63,843 bases of DNA from Schmidtea nova (Eukaryota): contig CM097884.1 in NCBI GenBank assembly GCA_044892505.1, positions 69,750,158 through 69,814,000 on the forward strand, written 5' to 3'. The notes under the pieces were generated by a model. It was not told the origin of the DNA. It worked only from the letters and a program-made list of their open reading frames with translations, and searched no databases. Below, one piece after another: positions 12,721-24,317 of the stretch. The translations under genes and the position numbers were made by a program. How positions within the stretch are numbered: position 1 is the first letter of the stretch; the number at the start of each line of letters is the position of its first letter.

Positions 12721-13549
12721 TAATACGCATCACATCTTGCATAAAGCAGAATGATGGCTCAGCAAAAGCTAAATTTTGACGAAATATGTAAATTTAATGG
12801 CAGATAAAATAAGTTCCTTCAATCAAGAAATCAAATGTTTGATCAATTAGGCGATTCTTACTGGTTGTGAATATTCTCATCTGAAAAAATTGAACTCTTG
12901 AAACTTTGTGCTTCGTGGAAGACAAATCTATAAAGATATGTAGATGACAGTGATGAATTTTTTATTCATTATGTTAGCCATTTTTAAAAATGGATATCAG
13001 GTAAGTTTATTTATCAAGATATCTTGTAAGGCTTCTATTTTGATCTTACAATGACATGAAATCACTGTAGAAGCTTTTAAAGTTTATCAATATTCTACAA
13101 TATTATTTTGATTTTATATTTATTTACTTTGTAGGAAAACATGATTTTTATGAAGTTTTTTGGAAATATTTTACATTAAACGTAAGTAAAAATACTTTTT
13201 AACAGTAGTTAATTAATGAAATAAATCAGTCTTCGAATATTTCCACTATCCTTGTCCTACAATTTTATTTTTTTAATTTTTAAATACTTTCTAGGAAATC
13301 ATGATTTTTTAACATGTTTTTGGAATTATTTGCATTAAACGAAAGTTAAAAAATCATTTTTAACTAAGATTTATTATAATAAGTATTAAATAAAATTTTC
13401 TATTTATCTCTGAAATATTTTTTAAATATTCCAAGAAATAATATAATTTAATTAATTTAATTTAATTTTTATTTCTAGAATTGCCAAATTTTATTTTCCT
13501 GCATTATTTGAAACTTCAAAATGATCTAGATTGCAGTGTAAATATGTTT

Positions 13550-16482
13550 AGGCTTGTATTTATTGGGTCAGTATTTTTTTACATTTTTGGTCAGTATTTT
13601 AAATAAATGGTTAGTATTTATATTAAAATGTCAGTACGTAATACAAATGGTCAGTATTACAGCGATCAGTATAAAAACGATCAGTATTTTAATTAAAATG
13701 CAGATAGATATATTAATTGGTCAGTATTATAAATAAATGGTCAGAAATTAAAATTATGTATCAGTATCTGCAAATATAAATGTCAGTAACAATAATTTTA
13801 AATAAAATTTAAAAAAACCTCATTTGGAATTTTATACTTATGTCTTATTTTTATTATTATAATTAATTTTTATAAAAAGCTATATTGTCTCATTGATAGT
13901 TTAAATTAAAATATATTTTATAAGAAATTTATTGAAAATTCTAGTAATGTGGTTTAATGTATAGGAGTCATTATTTTTCTTGTTGCAAATTTCAGAATTT
14001 TGTAAATTTAAATAATTTCTTTTTTATATGCACTAAGAATATTATTTTAATGAAGTAGCCAGTTTTGATTGCTATATTCTGAAAATAATCGCAGACTTTT
14101 GTCAAAATTACGCATTTTATAACAAAATCAGTGAATTGACATTAGTCAATTTGTCCGCTGTGTTACTCGAATGTGTAATGTTATTTAAATATTAAATCAT
14201 CTCCGTTTAAGATAAAATTAAAAAAAATAACATAATTAAAATATATATTATAAATTCAAGTCTCCAACTTATTTTATACTAATATATTTGTTGTTCTTGA
14301 TTATTAATGATGATTGTTTTATTTGTTTATTTCTGAAAAACCATTTTTGTTTATTATTTGTTTGTTTGAAATTTAAAATAATTGAAGGTTCAAAATGGCA
14401 TCAAATATAGACGAATATCTATCATCAGATGATGAAGAAATAAATGAGATTTTAACTATTAAAACTCGTAGGACAAAAATACAACACAAATGGAATATGG
14501 TTTCAACATTTAATAGCAAAGAAGATGCTATGATTGTTATAAATTCAGAAGAAATTTGGAGTTTCCATTATCGGAATAATACGGCTGATGGAGGTAAAGC
14601 TTATTATCGATGTAACATGGTAAAAAGACGCGGACAACAATGCGAGGCTGGAATATATTTGCTGTTTAATAATAACAACGATAGTGTAACAATGTTTAGA
14701 GCAGAAAACAAGCATACGCATGGAAACTCACAGCAACAAACTTTAAAGCTTTCAAATCAGATGAAAGAAGAAATTAAAAAGCTTTTTAAACTAAAAATAA
14801 AACCAAAAAAAATTTTAGAAATATTAAATGATAAAGGTTTAAAGCTTAAAAACAAGACACAAGTTTCTAATTACTTAGTGCAATTAAGAAAAGAAGCATA
14901 TGGGCCAGCCGCAATAAGCCTTGGAGAATTTGAGCAGTGGTGTATTGATCATAGCGAAATTCCAGATTCTGATGAATTACCTTTTGTGGTGTCACATCAA
15001 GTGAAATATTGTGATGAATTAGATGATGCAGAGGATGAATACAATGAGGGTTCGCACTTCAGAGTTTTAATTTCAACAAAACGTTTGCTTAAAAACTGTA
15101 GCATGTCGAACAAAATTCATATTGATGCCACTTATAAACTGGTATGGGAAGGTATGCCAGTTATAATTGTTGGAACTACAGATCTTGATCGTCATTTTCA
15201 TCCGATTGGTATTGCTGTATGTACGAATGAAAAAAAAGCAGATTTTCAATTTATTTTTGAAACAATTAAGAAAATAAATGAAGAAATTGAATATTTAATA
15301 TCAGATGCATCAAATGCCATTCGTAATGCATTCATCGCAGTATTTGGTGTGAATAAACGTTTAATTATGTGTTGGGCTCATATGCGACGCAATGTTACGA
15401 AAAAAGTTGAGTCTCTTGTTGAAAAAAGCATGAGAAAGGAAATAATAGATGACATCGATACATTACAGTTAGCTTCAAGCAAGCAAATATTTGATAAAGC
15501 ATTACCATTGTTTATCAAGAAATGGCTTCAGAAAAGCCAAACTGAGTTTATTAACTACATGAAACTTCAATGGTTTACAACACATCAATATTGGTACGAA
15601 GGTGCTGCACAATACACGCCTTCTACGAACAACTCATTGAAATCTTTCAATTTAGTGGTAAAAAAAGAAGAAACATTTCGTGAACGACTACCACTCTCAA
15701 GATTTCTTGAATTAATCAATAAATCTGTAGCAAAGTGGTCAAACGAATATTCATCCAACAGTCGAATATTCAATACTTCAACTACAATTGAATTGTCCCA
15801 ATGGACAAAAGGATATCAATGGGCAAAAACTAATGTAAACGTCTCATCAGCAATTTCTAACGATTCAATACAATATTTTTGTCCATCAAATCAGCAATGT
15901 AAGGCATCAGAAGAGGAAGCAGCATATGTATTGGAAATGCGTTGGAAAACATTTGATCAATTCAAACGTAAAGGTTTCAAAGTTTGGATTATAAATCTGC
16001 CAAAAGAAGCAGAAAACTGGATGCATGGTTGCTGTACTTGTCCAGAATTCTTAAAGAAATTTATATGTTTTCATATAATAGGTTTAGCTATTCGCTTAAA
16101 ATATATTAAACCTCCTCCAGCAGCTAAACAAATACCAATAGGGCAAAAACGTTCGAGGGGAAGGCCAAAATTAGCAACGCGTGCGCTTTTAATTGATTAA
16201 AAAAATTTATTTATATTATAAAAATAAATACTATCATATTTTTTTATGTTATATTTTAAGGTATTAAATTTTTTCTAAAAAAAAATAACTGCTCTTTTAT
16301 TGTTTATACAGACCAAAAATTTTAAATTAACTTACCAAAAAAGAAAATTATACTGTCCAATACACAAAAATATACTGACACTTAATTATTTATACCGACC
16401 AAAATATTATTTTATACTGATATTTTATTTAATAAAATACCGACCAATTATTAAAAAAAATACTGACCAAATAAATAAACCT
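13550..16482 (+). mobile_element. Full-length MULE (Mutator-like) DNA transposon
   Basis: Long imperfect TIRs built from GGTCAGTATT/AATACTGACC repeats. 9-bp TSD AATATGTTT / CATATGTTT with 1 mismatch. Confidence 0.88.
14395..16200 (+). CDS. MULE transposase, 601 aa
   Basis: N-terminal YYRC..C..HTH zinc finger, HIDATYKL (D1), ISDASNAI (D2), CWAH, TNNSLKSFN (E position is K), SWIM finger CTC-x7-CFH, C-terminal RGRPK AT-hook. Confidence 0.95.
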   Translation: MASNIDEYLSSDDEEINEILTIKTRRTKIQHKWNMVSTFNSKEDAMIVINSEEIWSFHYRNNTADGGKAYYRCNMVKRRGQQCEAGIYLLFNNNNDSVTMFRAENKHTHGNSQQQTLKLSNQMKEEIKKLFKLKIKPKKILEILNDKGLKLKNKTQVSNYLVQLRKEAYGPAAISLGEFEQWCIDHSEIPDSDELPFVVSHQVKYCDELDDAEDEYNEGSHFRVLISTKRLLKNCSMSNKIHIDATYKLVWEGMPVIIVGTTDLDRHFHPIGIAVCTNEKKADFQFIFETIKKINEEIEYLISDASNAIRNAFIAVFGVNKRLIMCWAHMRRNVTKKVESLVEKSMRKEIIDDIDTLQLASSKQIFDKALPLFIKKWLQKSQTEFINYMKLQWFTTHQYWYEGAAQYTPSTNNSLKSFNLVVKKEETFRERLPLSRFLELINKSVAKWSNEYSSNSRIFNTSTTIELSQWTKGYQWAKTNVNVSSAISNDSIQYFCPSNQQCKASEEEAAYVLEMRWKTFDQFKRKGFKVWIINLPKEAENWMHGCCTCPEFLKKFICFHIIGLAIRLKYIKPPPAAKQIPIGQKRSRGRPKLATRALLID

Positions 16483-17423
16483 CATATGTTTAATTGTCTA
16501 TGAATTGAAAATAATTAGATGGAATTATTTTTCGGCAACTGAAAACGAAAACATTTTGAGAAATAAATTTATATTAACATTCATTAAAATAAAACTAACG
16601 TTGTTATTTATCCATTTGCTCGACAACTCCCCGAGGAAATATTCCAAATATTTACCCAAAAACCATATTTTAAAAATAAATAAATTTATTATAAGCCTTT
16701 TAATCACGTAAAAAATGTACCCTTAAAAGTGTGCATGCAATTTTCATTATGTGTTGTGTTTGTATGTATAATTAGTTTTTTCTTACACATGTTTTAAGAT
16801 AATAAATGTTTTAAACTACGTTAATTCAAATTTTAACATCAACCTAAGTTTTCATTTTCTATTGGTAATTTTTAACTTATATTATAGAAACTTTTAATGT
16901 AAAACATTATTTTTGTTATTTTTGGTTGATAAATAGACGATATTTCAACTCAGCCTTTATCAATACACATTTGATAAAGGCGGTGCCAAAATATCGTGTA
17001 CTTAACAACCAAACAAACAAAAACTTTTGATCTAAAGTTATAAAATTATGAAAATTATTAATATAAATAAAAAGAGATCAAAAGTGAAACCAAAAGAATT
17101 ATTTTAATAGTAAAGTGATATAAAATAAATATAAATAACAAATATAAATAATACAAAATTAGGTGCTGCAAAAAATTTATGGTTATTAGATATTTTAAAA
17201 ATGTTATTAATTTAAATTTAAAAAAAATCAAAGTGGTCCAAATAAGTCAAAAATTTCATTGATATCAAAGTTTTACTCTTAATACTCTTTATTACTTTCA
17301 TACAATTTTAAACCAGACATTTCTTTGTTGAAATGTTTAATTATAATTTAATATCTAAATTTAATTCAGAATAAACAAAAATAAACATTTTGAATTAAAA
17401 CAAAACAATAAAAATTCACTAAC

Positions 17424-17843
17424 CACAATAAAATTATTTTCTTGAGAATAGATGATATCTGTGATAATCTCAATAAAATTGCAAGCCATTCCAAAAATTC
17501 CGATTATAATCAATCTACTGGGGTCTGCAACTTCATTCGGGTGGAAAAATTCTTGAATTGAGTGGATAATACAAGTGAAAAGGAATGTATAGAAGACCAA
17601 ATAGTTAATTATCTCAAGTAAAGTATACAAACGTGGCACTCCTAACTTTTGATTTTGTAAAATACATACAGTTTTTATTATAATAATATTTCCAACAAAA
17701 ACACTCAAGACATTGATAAGATTTATAAATGCTAAGACGCATTTTTGAGTAAAACACACATAAATCGATGATGGAATAAACAATATTTCAATAAGAAGAC
17801 AAGGAATATAACAAAACACTTTTCTCCTAAATTTATTCTTCAT
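17424..17843 (-). CDS. First exon of divergent SLC30/ZnT (CDF) transporter-like gene, TM1-TM4
   Basis: 140 codons ending at a phase-0 GTTAGT donor. LGVPRLYTLLEIINYLVF...IQEFFHPNEVADPSRLIIIGIFGMACNFI resembles ZnT1 FGWIRAEVMGALVN...IERFIEPHEMQQPLVVLGVGVAGLLVN. Confidence 0.7.
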
Positions 17844-18239
17844 GATAAAACAGCAACTTCAAAAATTAAATTAAATTAACTGATTGTCAAAACTTTCAAT
17901 TTATTTCATATATTCAAGGTCATTTTTAAATTATTAAAACAAGTTGTTGTTTTTTAGAAATAATATAGCGCGAGAAAACTTTAAAATATATTTGGCACAT
18001 AATATCAACAATTAAGTTCTGATCTCAAAACATGAAGCTCAAGTTTTATTAAAAAAATAATAATAATTACATTGGATTTAATATCATTGATAATAATTAT
18101 TAATAACTCTTAATATCCTTAATTTATATTATTTAAATCAACAACAAACAATGCCAAATATCTAAACAACTAATTATTTAAATAATCGTCATCACTCTTC
18201 TTTTCTTAAAATCTTTGTCATTTTTTAGTCATCCTATTC

Positions 18240-18620
18240 ATTATATTGTTGTATCTTGAGATTAAAGTTTGACTAGATGCGAAGAAAAGAATTTGATAAT
18301 TTTGTAAGGGCCTTCATATTGCATTCTGTCATACTATCTTTTATGTTGTTTTTTTGAGTACTAATACTTTCTTAAATTCAATAAATTCGAGAAGCCTCTT
18401 TTGCCTTCTTCATAACGCTCATCTTTTCTTCCACTTTGTCATAGTTATAATTTGAATCAATTTTTTTCTATAAGTTTGCGTACTGCAAGTTAGAATGCAA
18501 ATTATCGCTCCGTTCTTAAATTGCATTGAAAGGAGATAAATCCATTCCTCTCTGCCGACTGTTGTATGAGGTGAATCCCATTCTAGTTAACAGTTTATGC
18601 CAATTTTTTCTTCATATTGT
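18240..18620 (-). pseudogene. Degenerate Gypsy integrase C-terminal fragment
   Basis: Broken frames give ...KVLVLKK...YEGPYKIIKF (GPY/F motif). Confidence 0.5.
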
Positions 18621-19192
18621 TAGTGTTTAGGTTATTAAATTTGATTGTTACGGGGACATTGAAAACTTCATGACTTGAAAACAATAAACTCACTAATGTG
18701 TCCATAAAAATACGTTTTTTTATTATTAAATCATGCATGCTTTTAGTATCATCTGTTGGGGTCATGCTTAGATAAGGGTGTGCTGGTGTGTTGGTAAGAT
18801 GTTCAATTGAGATCCTATTTGATTTTATATGTTAGGGTAATCTCGCCAACATAAAAACATCCCCCCGCTGACACCCATGATGTATCCCTAACTACTCATC
18901 ATGTTGGTGCTGTGTCAACGTTGTGAAATGACAAGGCAGGTGAGCAACCTTGCGGCCACTATTCCCTTGTTTATTCACGGGTCCACCACTACCGTTAGAA
19001 GGTTTATGTAGTTTTATTTCGGTCTCTTCTTACTCGCTCTCTTTATCTCCTCTAGGGTAAGTTCGATTTCGGTACGCCCTGTAGCACAAAATGAATCAGC
19101 TTCGCACAATCAATTTTTGATTAGATCACCCATACATATCTCAAACATTCAAATCAAGCAATTTAACTAACATACATTTATTTTCAATTCAA

Positions 19193-19741
19193 TTACACCA
19201 ATGGATTAATTACAGAAATCAACTGTTTCTCGGTTAGACCACTTAGAAGGTCTACCTCTATCCCAATTCGCTCGGCATATTCCCTTCGTTCTCGTCTTCG
19301 TTTCGCTCCCAACCGATTCCGACGCTTCGTTCGCTTGGAGCCCTCAGGTTGCGACATGTTCGTTGGAGTATTCGTTATAGTGTTCGAATCCATATCGGTT
19401 TGTATACCCGTAGATACATTGGTGGTTTCTATCCAGCGATTGAAAGTGCTGGCTCGGATGAGGGGCCGCAGCTGCTGCGTTATGAATTCTTTGGTGGAGG
19501 CCCTCATATAGTTGTTTAATTCCAGCTTTACGGCGGCAGTTTCTCGAGTTTGTTCTTCAGCCATTCGTTCGGCTCTATACCTGGCTTGTTGAATAAGCTT
19601 TACACGCTCCGGATGAAACCACGTGGTTTTCACTATCTGATGTTCCTCCCCCAGCTGCCGTAGTCTGCTCTCGAGAACTCTAACTCGCAACTTATACTCC
19701 TTGGCTTCTTTCCTATAGTCACGATCTTTTCTCGCATTCAT
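19193..19741 (-). CDS. Orphan 182-aa coiled-coil protein with Arg/Lys-rich C-terminus
   Basis: Uninterrupted ORF, much more GC-rich than its flanks. ATG directly follows a polypyrimidine-AG acceptor. Contains STGIQTD and KRTKRRNRLGAKRRRERR. Confidence 0.55.
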   Translation of the reverse strand: MNARKDRDYRKEAKEYKLRVRVLESRLRQLGEEHQIVKTTWFHPERVKLIQQARYRAERMAEEQTRETAAVKLELNNYMRASTKEFITQQLRPLIRASTFNRWIETTNVSTGIQTDMDSNTITNTPTNMSQPEGSKRTKRRNRLGAKRRRERREYAERIGIEVDLLSGLTEKQLISVINPLV

Positions 19742-19999
19742 CTAAAAAGGAGGAAACGAAGATCAACATGCATTATGGTCTATTTACGGTCTTATGTCCC
19801 CCTTCTACCCTCAAATTTTATATCATTAGTATTCCCGAGACATTCTCCCACTTTACTCTTTATCACACAGTCACCCATTTGCAAATCAACATCACACCTG
19901 GCATCATTCTCTTTAGATTAAACACAAGAGGTCTTAATACAACTATGTATTAATTTTATCACAACGCATGAGACTTTCGCGTTCATTCGACGATTTTTC

Positions 20000-20278
20000 T
20001 CAGAAGAACTCCAATAAGTCCTGGTTAAATTGTCGGTCTGCTCGTCCTTTCCCGTCTGGCTGGTAGATCTCAGGGCACGGGTCCCAACATAGACGGTCAT
20101 GATATACAAAGACTTCCCATAGTCTTTCGTCGTCCTGTCCCAACGTAGTGTTCATGTTTACATTTCCTGGTGCGTGAAGAAAGGGTTGCCTTTCTCCCGT
20201 GTAGGTACATCCGGGTTGATCCATTAGGATGTATCCGAGTTCGTAGAAGTCGGAGCCTGTCATGGAATGGTCACTCAA
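20000..20278 (-). CDS. Orphan 92-aa ORF
   Basis: GC-rich island, co-oriented with neighbouring ORFs; no recognised motif. Confidence 0.35.
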   Translation of the reverse strand: MSDHSMTGSDFYELGYILMDQPGCTYTGERQPFLHAPGNVNMNTTLGQDDERLWEVFVYHDRLCWDPCPEIYQPDGKGRADRQFNQDLLEFF

Positions 20279-20311
20279 TACCCACCTGGATTGGCTTCGT
20301 TGGTTCTCAAA

Positions 20312-20653
20312 CTATATAAACCATCGGCTGCGGGCTCGACCCGGCATCTTCGACGATATTGACCACTCAGGATCGCCTTCCCACCGCACTCTTAGTTGGA
20401 AAGACCATATAGTTCCTCGGGTGACTGGGTCGACGTGGCGTCGCATCCAGGCTCTCAGCTGTCGTTCGGCCGATCGCTTGATAGCGTTGGGAATGAGTTC
20501 TGAATCTTCGAAGTTTATTTTTCGGGTAGCATGACTCCATCGTTGTACTCTCTTGTGTTGCATTTTCTGAATTATAGAAGCATTAATAGCAGGGTCAGAC
20601 CTTTCTCCCATCATCCCATCGCAGATCAACAGTTTCACGCATACTCTCACCAT
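20312..20653 (-). CDS. Orphan 113-aa ORF
   Basis: GC-rich island; LRVRWEGDPEWS is weakly chromodomain-like. Confidence 0.35.
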   Translation of the reverse strand: MVRVCVKLLICDGMMGERSDPAINASIIQKMQHKRVQRWSHATRKINFEDSELIPNAIKRSAERQLRAWMRRHVDPVTRGTIWSFQLRVRWEGDPEWSISSKMPGRARSRWFI

Positions 20654-21560
20654 ACCTCACTCATACCTCATCATACGCTATCGCCTTAATCATACAAACC
20701 ATTATTTAAGATGATTACCTGGAGGAGTTCGCTTATATTTTCTGTCATTTTTGTCAAAATTCTGATCGTTCGATAGCATTCATTCGGATTTCACCACTAC
20801 CATCCTACTAATTCCTACTGCTTGATATATGACTGGTGATTGGTATACTACTACTACTCAGATTTATAACGTTGATATCGCTTATTTTTGTAGGCCTGAT
20901 CGTAACTCTATATCATATTGATCAGCAGTCACTCACATTTTCATAGCAATCGACACAACATACACTAAACATTCAACAAACCTTGGTCAACTTGTTCATC
21001 GGTATTTAATCGGGAAGGTCTTGTAGTTGATTGGATTCATAAACGATAACTATTATTGCGGGGAGCTTGACCCTGGGTTGACTACTTAGTAGACGATAGT
21101 GTGAACTCCTATCCCTAAATGCTGTACGAATCGAATTCAGTTTTTAGTATTCTGGTTTTTCTCGTGTTATAGATTATCATTTGCAATGATTGGGTCTGAC
21201 TTTAACTCGGTTCACCTATCACTCTCGAGTCATCTGATTCTATTCCTCCTCTCGCTCAATACTTGAATATTCTATGTGCACCCTTCTCCTTCCGAATTAG
21301 TTAGAACACCTATAGTCTTGCCGCATCAGCATCTCACATAAAAATGTGTTGTGTCGAGAGGCCGAGAATCCCGTCAGATCGTTTGACCTTCGGGACAAAA
21401 CTTATGTATTTTAATATGAGGGGTTAATAATAATAACAATAACAACTAATTCACGTACCTTTTATTCGTAGTAATCGTTGTTATACAAAGTCTTCCGATA
21501 GTTCGATTTATGCTTGATCAGAGAAAATGTCTCTCAGTAAGAATTTTCTCACAGAAAAAA

Positions 21561-21968
21561 ATGACTACCCCTACTGATTTCACTGCAGTATTTATACTGA
21601 ATGACATTGCTGGCCAACCAATCAGAATTGAGCATGTGTGTATTTATTGGTTATTTTTCATGCTTAATGATTTTTTTATGTATTCAATTCGGTGAGTCAT
21701 TATTTGCTCGTTTTTCATTCTTTTATTAATCTTTTGTTATATTTTAGATTCATTGATGTCGGCCCACGCCTGTCAGATTTTGTTCCATCTGAGTAAGTTT
21801 TTATATTGTTATTTATTTTTGCTTTAATTCTTTTGTTAGCTTTCAGGCTTTGATGTGTATTGATAATATGCCGACTGGTAAGTTATTTTTGCTCAATTTC
21901 TTGTATTATTTGTTGTTATTTTATTTAATTTATTTAATGTTTTTATTTCAGATTGCTTGGCCCAACAG
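21561..21968 (+). CDS. Putative micro-exon gene fragment
   Basis: Strong GTGAGT/GTAAGT donors at 21692, 21793, 21878 (weaker GTGAAA at 21969) and T-rich acceptors. Exons 21561-21691, 21748-21792, 21840-21877 and 21952-21968 can be joined in one open frame. Confidence 0.4.
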
Positions 21969-21974
21969 GTGAAA

Positions 21975-22818
21975 CAAAATAAAAGCACAAAACTATGTGC
22001 AAATCAATGAAAAACACAAAATCATAAGTAGATAATTAAAGTTCCAAAATTAATTAAAAAATTTTTTAAATTAAAAATAAAGATTTAACAGGAAAAATTG
22101 ATATGTACGGATGGCAAATGTAAAGACGAGTACGAATATGATAGTAAAATATTAATGGGGGATCCCCAGAAAAAGATATTAAGTAAATAGAAATTAATTA
22201 AAAATTAATGAATAATTTATTAGTTATGTAGAAAACCCGAGTCAATGGAAAGTCCGAGGGCATGGGAGGTCCGGGCTAGTGGAAAGCTTGAGCAAAAGGA
22301 AACCCGAAATGAAATCAAATTACGAAAAGCGCGGATAAAGTAAATCGAATTATAACAAATTACAATCGACAAAAAATCAAATTACTGAAATCCATAATCT
22401 AATTTCATCTCAAGTTTGCAAACATAATCAATTTATTGACAAGTTAGAAAACTATAAAAGCGGCACTGAAACAACACCGAATTGGCAGTTTTGTCAAAGA
22501 AAATTGTCATTAGTTATGATTTTGTTACTTTAGATTACTTACGATTTGGTTAATGAAAAGGAAGTTATTGTAAAAGAAACATTTGCAAATCAGAGCGTAC
22601 CAGAAAGGGCAATCTATCCTTGGTAGACCTATCCCTATCGCTTAAAAAAGAGTGCAGAAAGTGTGTGCAGAAACTTGAGAAAGTTGTATTAGTTTTAGTC
22701 TTTGTATATTGTCATATTAAAATAAATAAAAATTTATTGTGTTGGGTCTTAATTATTTTATCATTTAACGGAGCACGAAGAGTCTGAAAATAGACAGACT
22801 CAAATTAATTACCCAACA
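21975..22818 (+). repeat. 5'-eroded, diverged copy of the TGTTGGG...CCCAACA LTR family
   Basis: Shares the ACCCGAG sub-repeats and the TGTTGGGTCTT...TACCCAACA 3' end with 24318-25213. Confidence 0.65.
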
Positions 22819-22934
22819 TATCTATTTTTGTAAATTGTCTGTCCTCTTCGTGTATTCTTTCATTTCGCCTTGTATTTTTTTGAAATTTACATTGCCTCGG
22901 AATTCTTGCCTCTCTTTGTCACATATTAAACATT

Positions 22935-23796
22935 TGTTGAGTATTTGTTGGTTAAGTCAGTGTTTATCTGACTCCTCAGTGTTCTTAGTAAAATCAATGA
23001 ACAAGACCCAACACAGTAACTTTTATTAATAATCAATCTAATACACAATTTTCTTTACAATTTATTTAACTGCTTTTCAGTATTCTCTGGAAGGCACAGG
23101 GATATATCTCCCAACGGCAGATGTCCCTTTCTGATGCGCGTACTAACAAATGAATTCAAATTAAAATTTCACTGACCTAGTCGCTCTTTTCAATTTTCAC
23201 ACTTCGACCGTAACTGGCAGTTTTGTTGATTCTGCCTCTCTTTTTATATGAAATTTTGCGAATTCATTTATTTGTTTTTCAAATGGTAAATCGCCCGTTA
23301 AAGGCTATTAATCGTCAATTTTTAATCTTGACATTCCAATTTAGATTTTGAGGCAATTTAGATTCTAATGTTATTTGCCTTCTGCCGGGAACATTATTTT
23401 TCAAGGCAATTTACTTGTCACCTCGGGTTCTCCTCATCGCTCGGGTTATCCATTGGCTCGGGTTTTTCTCATCACTCGGGTTCTCCATTGGCTCGGGTAT
23501 TACGTTAGCTCGGGCTTTCCATTAGCCAAATAATTCTTAATTAATATTTTAATATTTTTAATTATTTCTTTCTGGAGACCCCCATCGATTTTATTTTTAT
23601 ATATTTGAATTCGTCTCATCAATGGGCATACATCCATACCAATTTCCCCGCCATATGTTGATTTTCAATTTTCTTAATTTTTTAATTAATGTTTTTGTAT
23701 TTTAATTAATTTGTAGATTTTTGTGTTTTTCTTAAATTCTATTTAATTATTTTAAATTTTTACTTTATTTTAAGTCACTTATGACAAACCCCAACA
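22935..23796 (-). mobile_element. Solo LTR (Gypsy-type)
   Basis: TG...CA with inverted termini TGTTG(A/G)G...CCCAACA, 4-bp TSD CATT; reverse complement of 24318-25213. Confidence 0.8.
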
Positions 23797-24317
23797 CATT
23801 TAATGTCAAGTGGACTTTCAAATCTTCTATGTCTTCTTTCACCACAGTAAAAATAGTCACCTACTGCTACGTGTTTATTTGCTTGGGAGGAAACCTCTAC
23901 TTTTATTATAGTCTTTTTACTATAATCTTCATAGACACAGTTTGTAATTTTCCTTTAGAACTATTTACTTTCTTTCTTTTATACGTAATATTTTACTTGG
24001 GAATTGTTCGCTTTTTTCTTGACGGTATTCTAAGTGTTGTTCTGATTTTCGTCATATTCATCTCTCATGATATTCATCTCTCGTGATATTCATCTCTCTT
24101 TGATTGCTAATGGTTTATCAGTTCATTTTATCGTCCTCTTGGTGACAGTGTTCGTATTGCATATTGCATTTTGGGCTGAACATTCCTCTATTTTCATTTT
24201 AATAAGATTTATAGCCAGGGAGTTGGGAAAGATGCTAGACATAATTTCCATCATAGTTATCATATTTATGCACAACAGAGTTCATAAATTTCCAAACAAG
24301 AATAAAGCTTTTAAAAT

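Noticed and set aside
13560-13790. Regularly spaced GGTCAGTATT repeats that look CRISPR-like
   Set aside because: They are the subterminal repeats of the MULE TIR, mirrored at 16330-16480; eukaryotic context and no cas genes.
22954-22980. CTGAGGA + hairpin in the LTR as a possible hammerhead
   Set aside because: Followed by TTAA rather than GAAA in copies 2 and 3 and by TCAAA in copy 1, which also lacks the core; kept only as a conserved stem-loop.
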